Shown here piece by piece: positions 10,287 to 19,347 of a stretch of DNA of 64,000 nucleotides (the stretch's first letter is position 1; every line of letters starts with the position of its first letter). Position numbers and translations under genes: made by a program. The notes under the pieces are model-generated. The model was not told where the DNA came from and searched no databases. It saw nothing but the letters and a program-made list of their open reading frames with translations. The DNA is taken from the NCBI GenBank assembly GCA_045647355.1, contig JAZRMF010000005.1, positions 165,763 to 229,762 of the forward strand, in the 5' to 3' direction. Source of the stretch: Candidatus Enterousia sp. Lineage in GTDB: Bacteria; Pseudomonadota; Alphaproteobacteria; Rs-D84.

Positions 10287-10617
10287 TTTTCTAGTAAAAA
10301 TTATAGCGTATTTTCAACAAGTTATCATAACCGTCATGGTATCGTGGTGCACTTTTGGTGCAGTTGTCACAATACGCCATATGACCCTATAAAACTCCAC
10401 AACAATTCATCAATATATTTCGGTTTTTGGAACCCAGTGCACCATAACTGCACCAAAAAAATTTTTTACCCTACGAAAACGCTAGTTTTCTGGGGTTTTT
10501 ATATGCTTATGCCACGGATTATGAATCTGTATTCATCAAAAAATGGGGGAGATTTGGTTATTATATATTAGAAAAGGCAAAAAATGACGACATTTGAAAA
10601 AAATTTACACCAAATGT

Positions 10618-10688
10618 CAAAAAATACGGTGAGATTTGTGTATTTATATATGGGATACACAAAAAACACGATGAGATTTGTTTATTAT
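10618..10688 (+). promoter_or_regulatory. Two direct repeats (AAAAAYACGRTGAGATTTGTKTATTWAT) immediately upstream of int; likely arm-type integrase/excisionase binding sites
   Basis: GAGATTTGTGTATTTAT at 10631 and GAGATTTGTTTATTAT at 10673. A third copy at 11853..11868 lies downstream of int. Confidence 0.45.
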
Positions 10689-10706
10689 GTATAAAGAGGT
10701 ATAAAA

Positions 10707-11810
10707 ATGGCAACAATAACAAGGAGAACAAATAAACGCGGCGAGGTTTCTTACAGAGCCCTTATTCGTGTTAAGGGGTATCCTCCGCAATCAAAGACCT
10801 TTATTCAAAGAACTAATGCACAAGAATGGGCAATGCGGACAGAATTACAAATGAAAGACGGCAAATTTGTTATGACATCAGAGGCACAACATAGAACGGT
10901 TGCTGAATTGATAGATAAATTCATCGCCGAGGCCTTGCCAGAATACAAACAAAAAGCACAGGCAAATTATTTGAATACCTGGAAAGGCCTTATCGGCCAA
11001 TACGCATTGATTGCTGTGAAACGGGATTTAATAAATGACGCATTGAACAAAATACGAAAAATGCCAACACCACATGGTGGCGAAAAAACGCCTGCCACCC
11101 TGAACCGTTATATCTCTGCTATGTCTGTCGTATTCACATATGCTTATAAGCAACTGGATTGGATAGAACGCAATCCTTTTGATAAAGTGCAAAAGTATAA
11201 AGAACCCAGGGGACGCGTTCGGTATTTAACTGACGATGAAAGGCACAAATTACTGCATGAGTGTATGTTATCACAAAATTCTTTATTATACCCCGCTGTT
11301 TTGCTTGCTATAACCACAGGTGCCCGCAAAGAGGAAATAATGTCATTGCGGTGGGCGGATATTGACTTGCACGGTGAAACCAAAAGAGCAATTTTACAAA
11401 AAACAAAAAATGGTGAACGGCGGTCTATTTCAATAGTGGAACCTGCATTGACGGAAATGTTGAAATTGGAACAAAAACGCGGAACAAACGAATATGTTTT
11501 TGCCCCACAACGCGAAAGCAAAGTAAAACACCATGCCAACATTACACATGCTTGGTATAACGCATTACGCAGGGCTGGCATAACAAATTTCAGATTCCAC
11601 GACTTACGCCATACTGCGGCCTCGTATTTAGCAATGCATGGGGCAACGAACAGAGAAATGGCCGAATTCTTGGGGCACAAGACCCCACAAATGACCATGC
11701 GTTATGCACATTTGTCTGACCAACACCAATTCTCACTTGCAGAATCCATAATGTCACACCAAGTGTTTGCACAAACACCAAATCAAGGAGGTGAAACAAT
11801 AAAAATTTAA
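10707..11810 (+). CDS. int: Tyrosine-type site-specific recombinase (phage integrase family)
   Basis: C-terminal catalytic region HDLRHTAASYLAMHG...MTMRYAHL (R..H..R..Y). 367 aa. Confidence 0.9.
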   Translation: MATITRRTNKRGEVSYRALIRVKGYPPQSKTFIQRTNAQEWAMRTELQMKDGKFVMTSEAQHRTVAELIDKFIAEALPEYKQKAQANYLNTWKGLIGQYALIAVKRDLINDALNKIRKMPTPHGGEKTPATLNRYISAMSVVFTYAYKQLDWIERNPFDKVQKYKEPRGRVRYLTDDERHKLLHECMLSQNSLLYPAVLLAITTGARKEEIMSLRWADIDLHGETKRAILQKTKNGERRSISIVEPALTEMLKLEQKRGTNEYVFAPQRESKVKHHANITHAWYNALRRAGITNFRFHDLRHTAASYLAMHGATNREMAEFLGHKTPQMTMRYAHLSDQHQFSLAESIMSHQVFAQTPNQGGETIKI

Positions 11811-11927
11811 AAAAATTTCAAAAAAATTGCCAAAACAGGCCAAAAACGACATGAGATTTGTTTATTATATAATGGATAGGCAAAAAGATGACTGCTTGTC
11901 CCGTAAAATTGAATCAAGGAGTTAAAA

Positions 11928-12146
11928 ATGAATGAATTGAAATCGCCAAATCTTATGACAGTCAGTCAGTTTTGCAAAGCAAATCCTGCCTTTTCAATGG
12001 GTAGTATTCGGAACATATTGTTTTATGAGAATGCCAACGGCCTCAAAGCATGTGGTGCCACAAAACGCCTTGGACGCAAAATCTTAATTGATTGCGACAA
12101 ATTCTTTGCGTGGTTGGACACAAATCCATCAATCACAGGCAAATAA
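11928..12146 (+). CDS. AlpA/excisionase-like small HTH DNA-binding protein (72 aa)
   Basis: MTVSQFCKANPAFSMGSIRNILF...CDKFFAWL resembles the AlpA/Xis HTH_17 family. Sits directly downstream of int. Confidence 0.5.
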   Translation: MNELKSPNLMTVSQFCKANPAFSMGSIRNILFYENANGLKACGATKRLGRKILIDCDKFFAWLDTNPSITGK

Positions 12147-12156
12147 GGAGGTCAAA

Positions 12157-13326
12157 ATGTCACAAGAGAAAGAATTTACTCGCCCAATAACAAAACCATG
12201 TGACGCCCCTGTCAATGGGGACGAATTGTTGACCGAATTGGAAAATACATTTAAGCGTTATGTGGTTTTGCCAGACCACGCCTCAACGGCTTTGGCATTA
12301 TGGACGGTGGCAACATATTTACCCTACACCACAGAGGGTAAAGTCAAATATGCACCACGCATAATGATTATTTCGCCCACTCGCGGTTGTGGCAAATCTT
12401 TGTTATTGTCCGTATTGGAATATCTGTGTGAATGTCCGCTTATGACAGGCAATATTTCATACGCCTCGCTTTACAGGATAATAGAGGCCGACAAGCCGCT
12501 TATTCCTTTGATTGATGAATGTGATGGTTATGTTAAGGGTAATACGGATATGGCCAATATTTTAAACAATGGTTTTACGCGTGGTTATCCTGTTATAAGG
12601 TGTCGTGATAGCAAAAATTTGAAACCAAAGCGTTTTGATTGTTTTACACCTGTTGCCGTGGCTGGAATAAACAAATCCACATTTGAACCAACAACCATTG
12701 ACCGTTCTATCATTATCCAAATGCGGAGGAAACGCCCAAATGAAAACATTGAAAAAATACCAAGAATGGATATTTTTGGTGAGTTGCGTCAACAATGTGC
12801 CAGGTTCATAGACGACTTTAAAAATGCGGATATGCCCTTTATTGAAAAAGCCAATGGATTAAACAATCGCAGATTTGATGTCTGGGAAAATTTGTTGAGT
12901 TTGGCAAAATTCGCGTCAGACGATTGGTATGAAAAAGCACTAACAGTGGCTGAACACTTATCAAAAGAAAATGACGATGATGATTCTACGGATTTAGGTA
13001 TTCAATTACTATCAAATATCCGTGAAATTGTGACTGAAAAGTGGATTCCATCAGATGACCTGTGTAAAAAATTAAACGAAAATGAGGAATGGCCTTGGAA
13101 AGAAATGGGTTATCGTGAACAACCATTGACCCCCACAAAATTAGCACGACTGTTAAGACCTTTCAAAATTAAACCACGAAACGGACGGGTGGATATATCA
13201 ACGGTCAAAAAAGGATATTTAAAATCAGATTTTGAATCCGCCTGGGCTAATTACCTTGCAACATTACCAAAAACACCCGCTACACCGCTACAAAGCGTTG
13301 ATTTTGACCCGATATTGAACCCATAA
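12157..13326 (+). CDS. Mobile-element P-loop NTPase of the primase-associated (DUF3631-like) type
   Basis: Walker-A-like ISPTRGCGKSLLLS. Start taken at the ATG after AGGAGG (12157) rather than the ORF-track start 12088. Confidence 0.45.
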   Translation: MSQEKEFTRPITKPCDAPVNGDELLTELENTFKRYVVLPDHASTALALWTVATYLPYTTEGKVKYAPRIMIISPTRGCGKSLLLSVLEYLCECPLMTGNISYASLYRIIEADKPLIPLIDECDGYVKGNTDMANILNNGFTRGYPVIRCRDSKNLKPKRFDCFTPVAVAGINKSTFEPTTIDRSIIIQMRRKRPNENIEKIPRMDIFGELRQQCARFIDDFKNADMPFIEKANGLNNRRFDVWENLLSLAKFASDDWYEKALTVAEHLSKENDDDDSTDLGIQLLSNIREIVTEKWIPSDDLCKKLNENEEWPWKEMGYREQPLTPTKLARLLRPFKIKPRNGRVDISTVKKGYLKSDFESAWANYLATLPKTPATPLQSVDFDPILNP

Positions 13327-13403
13327 AACGCTACACAAAAAACCACGACAATCAAACAGAAATTGATAGTTGTAGCGTTGTAGCGGATAAAAAAGGATAC
13401 GAC

Positions 13404-13796
13404 ATGGCAAATGAACAGAATTTGATTCCAATACGAACCGAGAGCCAAGCAAGAGCACTCGGTCAACGCGGCGGCATTGCAAGCGGTATAGCCCGCCGAG
13501 AACGCAAAAGATTGCGTGAAATTGCTGTGACAATGGTTAATACACCTATGCAAATAGACAATGGCCCTTACAGTATCAACAAATGGTTTGAAAAGTTTAA
13601 TATTTCCGAACCAACAATGATTGATTTCATTATGGCACGCCTGATTGATAGTGCGTGTTCTGGTGATATCCAGGCAACAAAATTATTATTTGCTGTTATT
13701 GGGGATACACCATCGCAAATATCGTTTCCAAACGGCACATTCACACAACAAAAAATAAAGGTATCTTATGAGGCAAAACGACAAAATTTTGAATAA
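13404..13796 (+). CDS. Hypothetical island protein (130 aa)
   Basis: Intact ORF. Confidence 0.35.
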   Translation: MANEQNLIPIRTESQARALGQRGGIASGIARRERKRLREIAVTMVNTPMQIDNGPYSINKWFEKFNISEPTMIDFIMARLIDSACSGDIQATKLLFAVIGDTPSQISFPNGTFTQQKIKVSYEAKRQNFE

Positions 13797-13832
13797 AAAA
13801 AATCCCAGTATTCTGGGAAGTTTTTAGAAAAC

Positions 13833-13922
13833 TGGCGGAGCGTGTAGGATTTGAACCTACGCACGACTATAACGCCGTGACGGATTAGCAATCCGCTCCA
13901 TTAACCACTCTGGCAACGCTCC
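13833..13922 (-). tRNA. tRNA-Ser(GCU): Complete tRNA-Ser(GCU), type II with long variable arm, carried inside the island
   Basis: Reverse complement GGAGCGTTGCCAGAGTGGTTAATGGAGCGGATTGCTAATCCGTCACGGCGTTATAGTCGTGCGTAGGTTCGAATCCTACACGCTCCGCCA. Acceptor 7 bp, anticodon GCT, variable stem CACG/CGTG, T-arm GTAGG/CCTAC, encoded CCA. Confidence 0.85.
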
Positions 13923-14016
13923 ATCGTTCGCCTGCGGATTATAGCAGACAATAAAAGAAAAAATCAAGTTAAAAAGAAAAAACTTTGTTAAAAACAACAA
14001 TATAAGGAGAACAAAC

Positions 14017-14328
14017 ATGACAAACGAACAAGAACAACACATTATTGACGCCATAGATGAGGCAAAAAACGCAATTTATAATAACGGTTCTGACACATAT
14101 GATTACAGAGATTTATTGCAAGGTATTAACAACGAATTACGCGACATAGGACACGGCAATATGGGGTTTGGTTGTCTGGCCGAAATTCATTCTGATTTAC
14201 GAAAACTTAACAAAAACCAAATTGTTGCGGCAATGATTACCGCCACGAAACAAACTTCCCTGGAATCATTGAAAAAGTTTTCGGATTTGGCAGATAAATA
14301 TTTGGATTATGAGGCCAAAAAATCGTAA
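14017..14328 (+). CDS. Hypothetical island protein (103 aa)
   Basis: Intact ORF with an RBS-like AAGGAGA upstream. Confidence 0.4.
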   Translation: MTNEQEQHIIDAIDEAKNAIYNNGSDTYDYRDLLQGINNELRDIGHGNMGFGCLAEIHSDLRKLNKNQIVAAMITATKQTSLESLKKFSDLADKYLDYEAKKS

Positions 14329-14636
14329 TCAAAATATTACAACTTATTTTTTCCGTATCCCTCTTTACTTTTTTCAAATAACCGTATAAAATAAACACTG
14401 AATCCAAGAGATTGGGTTCAGGGCTGTGGTAGCCCATGTTGTTCGGTGCGAAAGCATCGTAATCTGATGTTATCGGTGTTTTCCGCACCGTTATCACCCT
14501 GACTTTATGGTCGGGGAGTCGTTGGCTATAAAATAGGAGCAATCCGAAAGCCACGAAATCAATAACAACATGATTACCAACTCCCTGACCGCTCTCTTTT
14601 GGAGCGGTTCATTTTTACACGCAAAGGGTGAGTTGA

Positions 14637-17600
14637 ATGTCAAAACAGATGATTATTTATTGGTATACAACAAAGAAACAATTCAATGAAATTGAACCTG
14701 GGCAAACTTGGTGTATTGGTGAAGTTGACCCAAATGCCAGTAAGTATTTTGGCATGTCCACCGCCAAAGCGGCCGAAACCCGTGTGCGTGAGGAATTGGG
14801 GAAAGTCAAAGACGGTGCACGCATAACCTTTGATGATATTGATGATTTAGAATACGATTCCTTTGAATTTCCAAATCCAAACAACAAAGAAAAAGGTATG
14901 GATAAAGATATCCATGCAATGTTAAAAACCATTAACTGTAAACAGATTGCCACCGAATGGTTTAACACTACACCCGATGAAATAAAACGCGTTATAAGTC
15001 ATTTGATAAACGGGACACCACTTGGAACAAAATACGAATTACGCAAAAGACAAGGTGACGCAATCAAAGTATTCAAAAAAGCATTGGACAACAAACAAAA
15101 AAAGTTTGGTTTGTTTGCCATGCCACGATTTGGGAAAACAATATGTTCATTTGAAATGATGAATTTGTTGTTTGAAAGATTTCCAGACAAAAAATACATA
15201 TTCTTTATTTCCGCAAAATTGGACGCCGAACAGGCATTACGAGAGGATTATTACAAATTTGACCAAAGTTGTAATTTCAAACTATGTTTATATGATTCTG
15301 ATACCAAAGTCACATTAGAGGATTTACAAAAAGATAAATACCTATTCTTTGCAAGCAAACAATGGTTTGACGGTAAAAGTTTGGACGAAATAAGAAAACG
15401 ATTCCCGTGTGTAAATCACGATGATTGTGCGGCCGTATTTTTTGACGAGGCACATTTTGCCCGTATGACGGATAATGCCCAAGGCACAATACGCTTATTG
15501 AATCCACACATGCAAATTGACATTACGGGCACACCGTTCAGATTAAAAACAAATGAAGATTACGATGACAACAATTCGTATGTTTATAGCGTTTTGGACG
15601 AATATGACGATTACGAAAATTCAGATAACAAAGAGGCATTCCGATTAAAGAATCCTGAAATGGTTTATATCACACCGAAAAATGAATTCTTTAAAACAGA
15701 CAGTTCTTTTGGTGAATTCTTTGACAGTGACGGGTGCCAAGACGCCATCAAAGAATGGGTTGAAAAAACATTTTATGGTGGGAAATTTAACATAGATGGA
15801 AAATCATTGCCAATTACCAACGCCATTGTTGTTTTACCACCACGCCGTAAATATTGTGATTTATTTGCCAGTGCCGTTAATGAATTAGTGCGTGCAAATA
15901 AATACGCAATTAAATGCACCAAAACCACAACCAAAGATAATGATGACAGAGATTACATTCCAGACAACGAACAAAGATTCAAAGAATGGAATCGTATGTG
16001 TAAAAACGAACCGAATTGTTTCCATTTGTTGGTGACGATTGGCAAAGGATTACAGGCCGTTTCATTTCCTGATTGTCACGCGGTTATTATGTTGAATGAT
16101 ATGACATCACCAGAACAATATATCCAGGCAGCGTTCCGTAGTAAAACGCCAAACGGTATCAAAAAAGAGGCATATGTTGTTGATTATAACAAAGGTCGCA
16201 CATTACAGATAATTGATACATTCATCAAAAATCATTTGTTGGTCAAGGCATGTGACGCAAATTATAAAACAGAATACCAGCGTGCTTTGTCGCGTATCCA
16301 AATTCGTGACCACACACTTGTTCGCCAAGAATATACATTTGAGGAAATATTCCAAACATTCATATCAAATTGGAACATTGAAAGAATTACCGATTCCATA
16401 GATTTTGATATAGAACGATTGGTTAACAAGATAGATTTAAGCCAGGTTAAATTATCAGATTTACAAAAACCGCACCAATTAACATTACAGTTAACCGAAC
16501 GCGGTGATGATTATGAACAAACAGACCAAGATGACCAGGGCACTGGCACAGATGATGGTGGTGATGGTGGCAAACATTTGGCACCTGATTGGTTGGAAAA
16601 ACACATTGAAAAATTGAAATCAGACCTGGTTAGGTATGGATATATTCCATTCGGTGGCAAAGAATCAGATAGATTGAAAGATATAAACCCAGACGAAATT
16701 CAACGCCGTGTATTACCTGTTGGCAAAAATGACGATGAACAAGAGGTTTGGTCATATCTTGGTGGTGATGGTGATTGGGACGACATATACATTGATGAAT
16801 CTGGTTTATCACCATCAACCGTTCGTTGGAAATATGTTATAAACAACAGGTTTGTAAATGTCACTGGTGAGGCCTCGCACGGGGACGGTGCTGTTGATAT
16901 CAAAAAAGCAAAAGCATTTATAAACGCAATCATTCGTTATTTACCTGCGTATTTCTTGGTTTCGGGTGTTCCAAATGGTTTTGACGATTTCAAAGACCGT
17001 TTTGGTCGTCAAACAATTTCCGAAAAGCACAAAGAGCGTCAGTTGTTCCGTGAGTTTATGGGAATGGGTATAGATTACCGTTATATCATTGAAATCTTGA
17101 AAGTATGTGACGCAGGTAGTCGCGAACAAATAATCGCATATTGTGCCGATAAAGTTGCCAAATGTTATCAAGACGGCAAATTGGTCCCAGAAAAGGTTTT
17201 GGAATTGCTTTGGGTTTATAAAAAAGACGGCAGTCGCCCCGTGCCAAAGCAACTGGCCGACATAATGCGTAAAGACAAAAACTATGACATTGTGGTTTGT
17301 GGTGGTTATTGGTTAACCGACAACAAAACAAAAATGTATATCACCGACAGTTTTGGTGAATCTGAAATCATGAAAAAATTACGCCCCAACTGCACGGTTA
17401 TTTATTCCAACGATATTTTACAAACACTTGAAAAACAAAAAGAGTCCATCATGAAATTTAAAGCATTCATAATGAATCCACCCTATGGCAATCTGCATTT
17501 GCCGATATTGAAAGAGATGATAGAAATGATTGTTGAAAATGGTGGACACGGTGTCAGTTTACAACCAGTTCGTTGGTTGCAAGACCCATTGGTTAAATAT

Positions 17601-18287
17601 AAAAAATCCACCGATTTTAGCAGGTATAACGAGGTGTTAAAAAATAGTTTAGCAGACATACAAATATATTCCTCAACAGAAGTTGGCAGAATGTTTGAGG
17701 CAGTATTTACAATGGATTTAGGTATTTATGAATTTAGCAAAGGCAGCACCTACAACTTGGACAAATTGTATAAAGACCATTTGTTAGAAAAAATCGTAGA
17801 TACGATATTGTCCACAGATAAACAACATACCACAATTCACGCCAAAATGGAAAAAGATAAACGAATGGGGATAAGGGTAAGAGTTTGTGATATACAAGAC
17901 AACGGCAGAGGTGGAAATGGTGGACGAAAAAGCCACATAGGTTTATACAGGACACAAAGAATAGAGAATGGACTAGTTGACGGGAAAGATTGGACAGATT
18001 GTGTTCAAAAGAATCAATGTAGTAGACAAAGCGGTGCCCCAATCCCGTATAGTATAGAATTTGATTCTATCAATGAGGCAGATAATTTTATCAAATCAAC
18101 AAAGACCATATTTTGGCAGTATTTAATGTTAAAAATGCATAGGGATATAAATGTTCCAAATCAATGGTTGCCGTTTATGAATGATTATTCTGAACCATGG
18201 ACAGATGAACGATTCTATGCATATTTTGATATAACACCAGATGAACAAAAGATTATTGAGGAAACAGTCAAAGACGCGAAAAAGTAA
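14637..18287 (+). CDS. Large fusion protein (1216 aa): N-terminal ~115-aa domain of unknown function, SF2 DEAH-box helicase (Res-like), and the catalytic (motif IV NPPY) half of an N6-adenine DNA methyltransferase
   Basis: Motif I FAMPRFGKT, motif II FFDEAHFA, motif III ITGTPFR, motif VI QAAFRSKT, and methyltransferase motif IV KFKAFIMNPPYGN near residue 955. A Q-motif-like ELRKRQGDAI precedes motif I. Confidence 0.75.
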   Translation: MSKQMIIYWYTTKKQFNEIEPGQTWCIGEVDPNASKYFGMSTAKAAETRVREELGKVKDGARITFDDIDDLEYDSFEFPNPNNKEKGMDKDIHAMLKTINCKQIATEWFNTTPDEIKRVISHLINGTPLGTKYELRKRQGDAIKVFKKALDNKQKKFGLFAMPRFGKTICSFEMMNLLFERFPDKKYIFFISAKLDAEQALREDYYKFDQSCNFKLCLYDSDTKVTLEDLQKDKYLFFASKQWFDGKSLDEIRKRFPCVNHDDCAAVFFDEAHFARMTDNAQGTIRLLNPHMQIDITGTPFRLKTNEDYDDNNSYVYSVLDEYDDYENSDNKEAFRLKNPEMVYITPKNEFFKTDSSFGEFFDSDGCQDAIKEWVEKTFYGGKFNIDGKSLPITNAIVVLPPRRKYCDLFASAVNELVRANKYAIKCTKTTTKDNDDRDYIPDNEQRFKEWNRMCKNEPNCFHLLVTIGKGLQAVSFPDCHAVIMLNDMTSPEQYIQAAFRSKTPNGIKKEAYVVDYNKGRTLQIIDTFIKNHLLVKACDANYKTEYQRALSRIQIRDHTLVRQEYTFEEIFQTFISNWNIERITDSIDFDIERLVNKIDLSQVKLSDLQKPHQLTLQLTERGDDYEQTDQDDQGTGTDDGGDGGKHLAPDWLEKHIEKLKSDLVRYGYIPFGGKESDRLKDINPDEIQRRVLPVGKNDDEQEVWSYLGGDGDWDDIYIDESGLSPSTVRWKYVINNRFVNVTGEASHGDGAVDIKKAKAFINAIIRYLPAYFLVSGVPNGFDDFKDRFGRQTISEKHKERQLFREFMGMGIDYRYIIEILKVCDAGSREQIIAYCADKVAKCYQDGKLVPEKVLELLWVYKKDGSRPVPKQLADIMRKDKNYDIVVCGGYWLTDNKTKMYITDSFGESEIMKKLRPNCTVIYSNDILQTLEKQKESIMKFKAFIMNPPYGNLHLPILKEMIEMIVENGGHGVSLQPVRWLQDPLVKYKKSTDFSRYNEVLKNSLADIQIYSSTEVGRMFEAVFTMDLGIYEFSKGSTYNLDKLYKDHLLEKIVDTILSTDKQHTTIHAKMEKDKRMGIRVRVCDIQDNGRGGNGGRKSHIGLYRTQRIENGLVDGKDWTDCVQKNQCSRQSGAPIPYSIEFDSINEADNFIKSTKTIFWQYLMLKMHRDINVPNQWLPFMNDYSEPWTDERFYAYFDITPDEQKIIEETVKDAKK

Positions 18288-18877
18288 TGACAAGACAGAA
18301 AACAGATTATGATTGCAATAACAATGCTTGCGATTTAAACCTGACAAAACAGGAATGTAAATCGGCTGGTGCTTTTCATACGCCAGAAAAATTGGCTATT
18401 GAGATGGCAAAAAAATTGTTTCCAAAATATATTACAACATGTCGTAAATGTAGAACCAAGGCGGGTATAATTAAAAAATTTGGACAAGAGGGAATTGATT
18501 TTCTAAAAGATTTCAGGTTAATTGACCCATGTTGTGGCACTGGTAATTTGTTGGCCGCCGCAATGAATGTCTATAAATGGATTGACGAGGAGGACCTTTA
18601 CGGTGTTGATATAGACCCGCGGGCTATTGATTTTTGTATGCGTAAATTTCCACATGGACATTTCCAGGTTGGTGATTGCCTGTTAGAGGATTTAACCGAT
18701 GATAAATTTTGGGAACACCCATCTGATGGTTTGTTTGGTGCCTATAAAGCACAAAAACTGGCCGAGGCCACACGCATAATCAAAGATAAAGCCGTCAAAA
18801 ACAGAAAAGAATTATCTGCGGATTTGTTAAAACAAAAACAAATGCAAATGACACAGAATCCACGGGGTGCTAAATAA
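18287..18877 (+). CDS. AdoMet-binding half of an amino-methyltransferase (motifs X, I, II, III) as a separate 196-aa ORF overlapping the upstream stop (TAATG, -1 frame)
   Basis: GAFHTPEKLAIEMAKKL (motif X) and LIDPCCGTGNLL (motif I, DPxCGxG). No NPPY in this ORF. Confidence 0.7.
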   Translation: MTRQKTDYDCNNNACDLNLTKQECKSAGAFHTPEKLAIEMAKKLFPKYITTCRKCRTKAGIIKKFGQEGIDFLKDFRLIDPCCGTGNLLAAAMNVYKWIDEEDLYGVDIDPRAIDFCMRKFPHGHFQVGDCLLEDLTDDKFWEHPSDGLFGAYKAQKLAEATRIIKDKAVKNRKELSADLLKQKQMQMTQNPRGAK

Positions 18878-19347
18878 TGGGTGTATTGATTGTTATTCTT
18901 TGCGTATGGATTGGAATAAAGTTGATTGTTCCCCTGGGATACTTGTTGCTTTGTTGGTTGCTTGGTTTAAATGATAATAATCCAGACGATACCCAGGGGG
19001 AATAAAGTGTATATTCTTATGGGATTTTACTATTTGGTCATCATATGTCTTATCATTGGCATATTCAAAGCATTATTTGGTCGGTAAAATGGTGCACTGA
19101 ATTTTGTGCATAGTCGTTTTCGTTATATTCGTCAGTTTCAATTTTCGCCAGGAATCCAAGACCTCTACCTATATTCATCGGACACGGTTCCCCCCCTCTC
19201 GTGGTGCAATTATGGTGCAGTTCATACCAAAAAACACCACATTTGGCAACAATTCACAAAAATAGCGATTTTTACCAAACCCGCAGAAATCTCTTGCTTT
19301 TTGTTGTAATCTGTTGTAGAATATTATTGAAAAAACAGGGGGTAATA

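Larger units (their letters stand above)
10287..19347. mobile_element. ~9.06-kb integrative island inserted in the anticodon loop of tRNA-Ser(GCU). Cargo: int, AlpA-like excisionase, P-loop/primase-associated protein, own tRNA-Ser(GCU), and helicase-methyltransferase genes.
   Basis: The 14-bp direct repeat GATTGCTAATCCGT at 10273..10286 and 19348..19361 joins the two halves of one tRNA gene. There is a tyrosine recombinase gene at the left end and repeat clusters at both ends. Confidence 0.75.

Noticed and set aside
10275-10571. 98-aa ORF in the island left arm
   Set aside because: It lies in an A/T-rich repeat-dense att arm (GGTGCA motif hairpins), has an odd composition and no RBS. More likely non-coding arm sequence.
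12088-12156. Upstream extension of the P-loop protein ORF, overlapping the AlpA-like gene
   Set aside because: A strong RBS AGGAGG lies immediately before the ATG at 12157. The extension would overlap the upstream gene by 59 nt in another frame.
14637-18287. Calling the helicase-methyltransferase a Type ISP (LlaGI-like) restriction enzyme
   Set aside because: No Mrr/PD-(D/E)xK nuclease motif was identified. The methyltransferase motif order is beta-class and split, whereas ISP enzymes are single-chain gamma-class. The similarity is architectural only.
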